NCBI GenBank assembly: GCA_049322915.1
Contig: JBMOPW010000019.1
Location: 1 to 64,000, forward strand
DNA: 64,000 nt
Direction of reading: 5' to 3'
DNA from: Candidatus Zhuqueibacterota bacterium
Lineage (GTDB): Bacteria > Zhuqueibacterota > Zhuqueibacteria > Thermofontimicrobiales > Thermofontimicrobiaceae
A program made the position numbers and the translations under genes. The notes beneath the pieces were generated by a model. It saw only the letters and a program-made list of their open reading frames with translations. It made no database searches and was not told the DNA's origin. This document shows positions 58,943-64,000 of this stretch, one piece after another (positions within the stretch are counted from its first letter, which is position 1; every line of letters begins with the position of its first letter).

Positions 58943-61123
58943 ATGAAAAATTTTCACCTGACATTAAATGGAAATGTGCTGCTATTTTTCCTCGTGCTGA
59001 TCCTGCTCGTCTGGATGAGTTATCGATTTACCAGAAAAACCAATACACCGGTTCCGACCTGGTTGAAAAATATGTTGACTGTTCTCCGCGCTGTCTCCAT
59101 CTTCCTGATTTTGTTCATTCTATTCGAGCCTGTCCTGCGCATTTCATGGAACCAATCAGAGCCGCCCGAACTCGCTGTTGTAATTGATAATTCCGCGAGC
59201 ATGGTGCTCACTGATGATGGCGTCCAGCGGGCTGACGCAGTGAAATCGGTCATCCAAAATCTGCGTGAACACCACGCCTTAGAAGAGGCAATTTTTCGAT
59301 ATTATCACTTTGCCAATGAACTGGAAAAATTAGGTGCCGATGCGGTGGATTCGCTGAAATTCGATAACGACGGCACAGACATTGGCCAGGCGCTCATTCA
59401 ACTCAAGAGTGAAAACGCCGATCGCTATCTCGCCGGCGTTCTGCTCCTCTCCGATGGAATTAACAATCTGGGACAGAACCCTGTCCGCGTTGCCGAAGAA
59501 TTCGGCGCCCCGATTTTCCCAATCGCCATCGGAAAAGATATGATTCAGAAAGATATCATTGTTTCCAAAATCACCACCAACCAAATTACCTACGCCAACA
59601 ACACCGTGCCGGTCGATGTCACTGTACAGGCGTTCGGTTTTAACGACAGGAAAATCCAGATCGACCTGAAGCAGGATGCCCGCACCATAGATTCCAGATT
59701 CGTGGATATTTCGGACAGCACCGTGGAAACACGGATTCGCCTGAACTTCTCTCCGCAGGAAACCGGACTGCAAAAATACCAGATTCAGGCGACGATTCTT
59801 GAAAATGAGTTGACGCCGGTGAACAATCAGAAATCATTTTACGTGAACGTGTTGAAAAGCAAAATGAAAATTCTGGTGCTGGCCGGTGGTCCGGATCCGG
59901 ATTTCTCGTTTCTCAAACGGCTGATTGACGCTGATCCCAACCTCGAGGCCAACTACTATGTGTTAAAAAATCAGCGCGAATTTTATCAGGGCGCATTCCC
60001 GGCCAGAGCCGAAGACGTGCTACTTTTCGACTGCATCTTGTTGCTGAATTTTCCGAAGAACAGCGCTAACGCCGATGTCATGAATAGCCTGAAAACTGCA
60101 CTGGATAAAAAGCCCATCCCGGTGATGTTCATTGCCGGCAATGGTACATTTTATCGGGGACTGAATCCGATTTCTGACTATCTCCCGTTCGCGCCGACCA
60201 ATCCGTCCGGGGCTGACGTGTTTGTATTGCCTCAGTTGACTCCCCGGGGAACGTCCCATCCCGTCACCCGAATTGATGAGGAGACAATTCAAAATCAGCA
60301 GAAGTGGCAGGAGATGCCGCCGATTTATTTAGCGCAGCGCAACATTATTCCCCGGCCCGGCAGCGATATCCTGTTGCAGACAGATATCGAACAATCCATG
60401 CTCCGCAATGTCAACAAGCCGTTGCCCTTGTTAATCGCCATGAAAACGACAGCCCACAAATCGCTGGCCTTCCTCGGGCATGGCATCTGGCGATGGGATT
60501 TTCTCATGTGGGGCATTGGCAAAAACAACGAAATGTTCGCCCGATTGGTCAATAATAGCATTCGCTGGCTCATCACCCGGGAAGATAGCAAACCAGTCCG
60601 TATTCGCCCGGACGAGGAGATTTATCGCAATGGGCAAAAAGTGACTTTCACCGGGGAGGTGTATTACGAGGACTATCGCCCCCTCGACGGGGCTGAGCTG
60701 AAGCTGAAAGTTATCAGCGGGCAAAAAACGTTCGAAATCACACTGGCCGGCCAGGGCGATGGCAAGTATGAAGGGGCTTTACCCGCGCTTGAAGGCGGCG
60801 AGTACCGCTTCGAAGGCGCGGCAACGTTCCGCGGCAGAGACCTGGGCGCGGACTCCGGCCAATTCTCAGTGGAGAGCTTTAATCTGGAATTCCTGCAAAC
60901 ACGAATGAATCGACCGCTGCTTCAGCAAATTGCCGACCGTTCCGGGGGAGCCTACGTCACAGAAGAGAATCTCGCTGCGCTGGATTCGCTGCTGAACTTC
61001 CCGCCCCGATTTCATACTGAAACGCGCGAGTGGGAACTCTGGAACAAACTGCTGCTGCTGATCATCGTTGTCCTGTTGTTGAGCGTCGAATGGTTCATTC
61101 GGAAAAAAAATGGCATGTTGTAA
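58943..61123 (+). CDS. Membrane protein with VWA and glutamine-amidotransferase-like domains
   Basis: Two N-terminal TMs; MIDAS DNSASM, GTDI, LLSDG; GIWRW; C-terminal LLSVEWFIRK. Confidence 0.85.
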   Translation: MKNFHLTLNGNVLLFFLVLILLVWMSYRFTRKTNTPVPTWLKNMLTVLRAVSIFLILFILFEPVLRISWNQSEPPELAVVIDNSASMVLTDDGVQRADAVKSVIQNLREHHALEEAIFRYYHFANELEKLGADAVDSLKFDNDGTDIGQALIQLKSENADRYLAGVLLLSDGINNLGQNPVRVAEEFGAPIFPIAIGKDMIQKDIIVSKITTNQITYANNTVPVDVTVQAFGFNDRKIQIDLKQDARTIDSRFVDISDSTVETRIRLNFSPQETGLQKYQIQATILENELTPVNNQKSFYVNVLKSKMKILVLAGGPDPDFSFLKRLIDADPNLEANYYVLKNQREFYQGAFPARAEDVLLFDCILLLNFPKNSANADVMNSLKTALDKKPIPVMFIAGNGTFYRGLNPISDYLPFAPTNPSGADVFVLPQLTPRGTSHPVTRIDEETIQNQQKWQEMPPIYLAQRNIIPRPGSDILLQTDIEQSMLRNVNKPLPLLIAMKTTAHKSLAFLGHGIWRWDFLMWGIGKNNEMFARLVNNSIRWLITREDSKPVRIRPDEEIYRNGQKVTFTGEVYYEDYRPLDGAELKLKVISGQKTFEITLAGQGDGKYEGALPALEGGEYRFEGAATFRGRDLGADSGQFSVESFNLEFLQTRMNRPLLQQIADRSGGAYVTEENLAALDSLLNFPPRFHTETREWELWNKLLLLIIVVLLLSVEWFIRKKNGML

Positions 61124-61228
61124 TCCCCGGCCTGAATGCTGATTTTGCTGCAGGGGTTGATTCGACGACGTCTTGCTAACATAGCGGAATGGCGGGCTGC
61201 ATTCGATTGGATGGTACGGAAGGTATAA

Positions 61229-61257
61229 AAAAAATCCGTGTGTACCACGGATTTTTT
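61229..61257. terminator. Bidirectional terminator
   Basis: aaaaaatccgtg/cacggatttttt between convergent genes. Confidence 0.75.
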
Positions 61258-61360
61258 GAGCCAATCAAAATTTATACATCACGTCCCGGCCAGCGAGCCG
61301 AACAAAACCAGAGAGCTTTGTCCTCAACTCACCAGCAACAAGAGGTACCCCCGAATTTTT

Positions 61361-62659
61361 CTATTCAATGCGCACTAACTGAAAATCGCCAATCCCGGAT
61401 TTATCCTCGAAAACAAAAGTCCTGTCCAGGTTATCGTAGAACCAGATTTCATAAGGCGGCAGATTCAATTCATCCAAATGCCGCTCGACATCAGTCGGTG
61501 GACCGTACTTGAGGTAAATATTGCCGCGGTCCGTTCTCCAGCCTTCTTTATCCAGAGCATTGACAGTGAAATAATTATTCGTGAAATCGACGCGTCTGAA
61601 AAATTCCTCCTGCAATTCATTCTCCTCTGTCGACGGCGTGGGATCGCGTTGTTTCCAATATTGCCTGAACCATTCCTCTTTGGTGCTATCTGACCCCTGC
61701 TCCAAAAACTTGATCTCTTTCTCCGGAATATACTCATTCAGGGCAAGGATAGCCGTATTGATGTTCAGTCGTGTGATTTCAAAATTACTCCAGTTGGCTG
61801 AAAACTTCGCTCGGGCTGTGGTTTGTTTCTCGCCGCTGCCGACCTGAACCATGATGCTGTATCGGCCCGGCACTTTCACAAGAGAACTCAAATCGAGCAA
61901 TACAGGAGCAATCCCGGTAGTGCCTGTAACCGATTTTTCCTCGCGAAAAATCGCCTGTTCAGCCACATCAAAAATGGCGTAGGACACCTTGATTTCATCA
62001 TCTCGCTGCTGAGAATAAATCTCAAAGTAGGCCCAGAAAGCGGATTTCGGATTTGTGAAATTACGATCCAGATTTGGTACAATATCCACCGTGCGTTTCA
62101 GTGAATCTTCGCTCACCTTATCCGCAAAGATAATTTCGCTCATCGATACATGTTTGCCGTCAAAGCTCTTGATATCCATTTGCTTATCCCGGTGGAGACT
62201 TTTCTGGGTATCGTAGTCCGTCAGGTCGAGAGTGAGTTTATATTTCCCCGGGACCAATTCGAAACTCAGCCGATGCTTATTATCCAGCACCTGCTTATTC
62301 GTCTCCTCGAATGTGGTCGCGTCGATTTTATCGCGCGCCGATAACTCGCGGATATGATTCCCTTTTTCATCAAATATGCTCACGAACAAATCGTAACTGG
62401 CAGAGTAACTTCCCTGCCGTTCTTTGACAAACTGAAGAATGTCATTGGCAAAGGACACGTACACATCCACCCGGCACGAGCTGCTGTCTTCGCGGGACAT
62501 GAAAACATAGGTATTGTATAAAAATAGCGGCGGTCCGAACAATTGTTTCGACTTGCCCCGCATGGGATTTTCCTGCTCTATTTGTCCCCAACTCGCGTGA
62601 TGAACGGCCAGGAAGCAGACCATGAAAAATACAATGAGCATTCTTTGATTTTTTAACAT
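61361..62659 (-). CDS. GWxTD domain-containing protein
   Basis: YWKQRDPTP..ENE..EFFRRV, GWRTDRGNIYLKYGPP, YEIWFY; signal peptide; start likely 62659. Confidence 0.92.
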   Translation of the reverse strand: MLKNQRMLIVFFMVCFLAVHHASWGQIEQENPMRGKSKQLFGPPLFLYNTYVFMSREDSSSCRVDVYVSFANDILQFVKERQGSYSASYDLFVSIFDEKGNHIRELSARDKIDATTFEETNKQVLDNKHRLSFELVPGKYKLTLDLTDYDTQKSLHRDKQMDIKSFDGKHVSMSEIIFADKVSEDSLKRTVDIVPNLDRNFTNPKSAFWAYFEIYSQQRDDEIKVSYAIFDVAEQAIFREEKSVTGTTGIAPVLLDLSSLVKVPGRYSIMVQVGSGEKQTTARAKFSANWSNFEITRLNINTAILALNEYIPEKEIKFLEQGSDSTKEEWFRQYWKQRDPTPSTEENELQEEFFRRVDFTNNYFTVNALDKEGWRTDRGNIYLKYGPPTDVERHLDELNLPPYEIWFYDNLDRTFVFEDKSGIGDFQLVRIE

Positions 62660-62751
62660 AACATCATCCTTAACCCTGTGAATCTTGTTCCGAATCGTCA
62701 TGAGCTATTTCCCTGCTCAGTATGTGTTTCTTCTTCGTCGTAAAAAGCCGG

Positions 62752-63999
62752 TTAAAATTCCGGACCCAATGAAATATAATAATAAGGCCCATTGGTATAA
62801 TTCGCCAGATCCGATGACCAGGCCACATCGAACTGGAAGACGAAAAATCCCATATTCATTCTGGCGCCGAAACCATAGCCCAGGAAAATGTCATGCAATG
62901 CCGGCCAACCGCCGTCGGTGGAGGAAGAGCCTTTGAAATTGCTACCGTTCCAGGCTGCCCCGGTATCTGCGAAGAGAACACCCCGAATATTTTGGAATCC
63001 GATCGGCAAAGGCCATCCCATCAAAAAGTAGCGGATGAGTGGAAAACGAAATTCAAGATTGTTGATGAAAAATCGATTGCCGGTCCGCTCATAATAGAAT
63101 CCGCCTCGCATGGGCACTTCGAACGAGCTGAAATAAATATCATCCATATCGCTCACGCGCAGACCATTTCTGGTCTTGTAATTGAGCCAGCCGGAGGTCC
63201 CACCCAGGAAGAACTGCTGCGCCTGACTGCCTTCGCTCAGGCCGCCGGTCAATCGGAAGACGAAATTATAATCGCGTCCAATTTTCAGATATTTTCGATA
63301 ATCCATTTTCATAGTCAAGAAATTTATGCTGTTGGCGCCAATATCCGGACTGTAGGTCAGACCAATGGAATATCGATTCCCATTTTCAGGGCCGGTCTCT
63401 CCCCACAGAACAGTATCGTTCACCAGCGATACTCCGGACAAAAGCAGCCGACGTTTTTCGGTATAGTTGGTATCCCACTGGAGGAATTCCCGATCGATGT
63501 TCAACCAGGTCAGACTTGAATTGACCCGTTTGAATTTGGAGAAGGGTCGCGACATAAAGAAGTTCGCGCCATAGTATCTGTCGCGCGCCCAACCAATGCC
63601 ATAATCATAAATATAATAGTGATAAGCGTAGTGATAAGCGCCAATGCCAAAATCCGTCTGCTGCGGCAGGAAGAAATATGTGGCCTCATAATTCGAATTG
63701 CGCAGATCATAAAACAGGTTCGTGTAGATATTGATTCGGTGATTTCCCAGCACATCGGACAGGGCAATCTGCGTCATTCCCTGGACACCGTAGAATTGGC
63801 TGTAGTTGGCGTTCCCATAGATGATGTCCGGCGAAAATTTAATCTTGTACTTGCTGATTTTATAATCACCGCTGGTGAACTTGTAATCGCTCGAATCCAG
63901 AAATACGGTCTTTTTCGGTTCGTCGACTTTGACATTGCCCTCTTTGAAGTTCTTGTCGAAAACAAAATTCCTGAATACATTATCCTCGCCCTCTTTGCC
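62752..63999 (-). CDS. Omp85/BamA-TamA family outer membrane protein, C-terminal part (5' end beyond window)
   Basis: Frame open to the window edge; SDVLGNH, FFLGG, MRG, NLEFRFP, FADTGAAW, GYGFGAR; C-terminal GPEF. Confidence 0.88.
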   Translation of the reverse strand, partial: GKEGEDNVFRNFVFDKNFKEGNVKVDEPKKTVFLDSSDYKFTSGDYKISKYKIKFSPDIIYGNANYSQFYGVQGMTQIALSDVLGNHRINIYTNLFYDLRNSNYEATYFFLPQQTDFGIGAYHYAYHYYIYDYGIGWARDRYYGANFFMSRPFSKFKRVNSSLTWLNIDREFLQWDTNYTEKRRLLLSGVSLVNDTVLWGETGPENGNRYSIGLTYSPDIGANSINFLTMKMDYRKYLKIGRDYNFVFRLTGGLSEGSQAQQFFLGGTSGWLNYKTRNGLRVSDMDDIYFSSFEVPMRGGFYYERTGNRFFINNLEFRFPLIRYFLMGWPLPIGFQNIRGVLFADTGAAWNGSNFKGSSSTDGGWPALHDIFLGYGFGARMNMGFFVFQFDVAWSSDLANYTNGPYYYISLGPEF

Positions 64000-64000
64000 T

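Overview
Chromosomal window from a Gram-negative bacterium. Its gene content (GWxTD, DUF4097 and toast-rack proteins, Omp85-like barrels, DUF4292-TPR) resembles FCB-group relatives such as KSB1/Calditrichota; this placement is inference. I found no rRNA, tRNA, CRISPR array, prophage or intact transposase. Most genes serve housekeeping or the envelope: map, fabH, dacB, peptidases, a K+ channel, glycosyltransferases and a NUDIX hydrolase. The standout is a 16-kb, seven-gene operon (12757-28895) that appears to build a hybrid ABC+RND export machine. It encodes a free ABC ATPase, an ABC-2-type permease fused to an M1-peptidase-like domain lacking HEXXH, TolC, a membrane fusion protein (MFP), a plain RND subunit, an RND subunit fused to an ABC ATPase, and a second ABC-2-type permease. 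The nucleotide-binding domain (NBD) of the fused ATPase seems to be split by a 4-helix membrane insertion. Other notable items: a monocistronic secreted Pro-rich peptide gene; a bactofilin-like/Omp85 fusion lacking both lid-lock residues; adjacent GH2 and CHAT pseudoenzymes; a protein with four copies of an unrecognised repeat; and four kinds of miniature transposon-like elements (MITEs). One MITE family has piggyBac-like TTAA|CCCT ends and occurs twice. All family calls come from reading motifs by eye, not from database searches.
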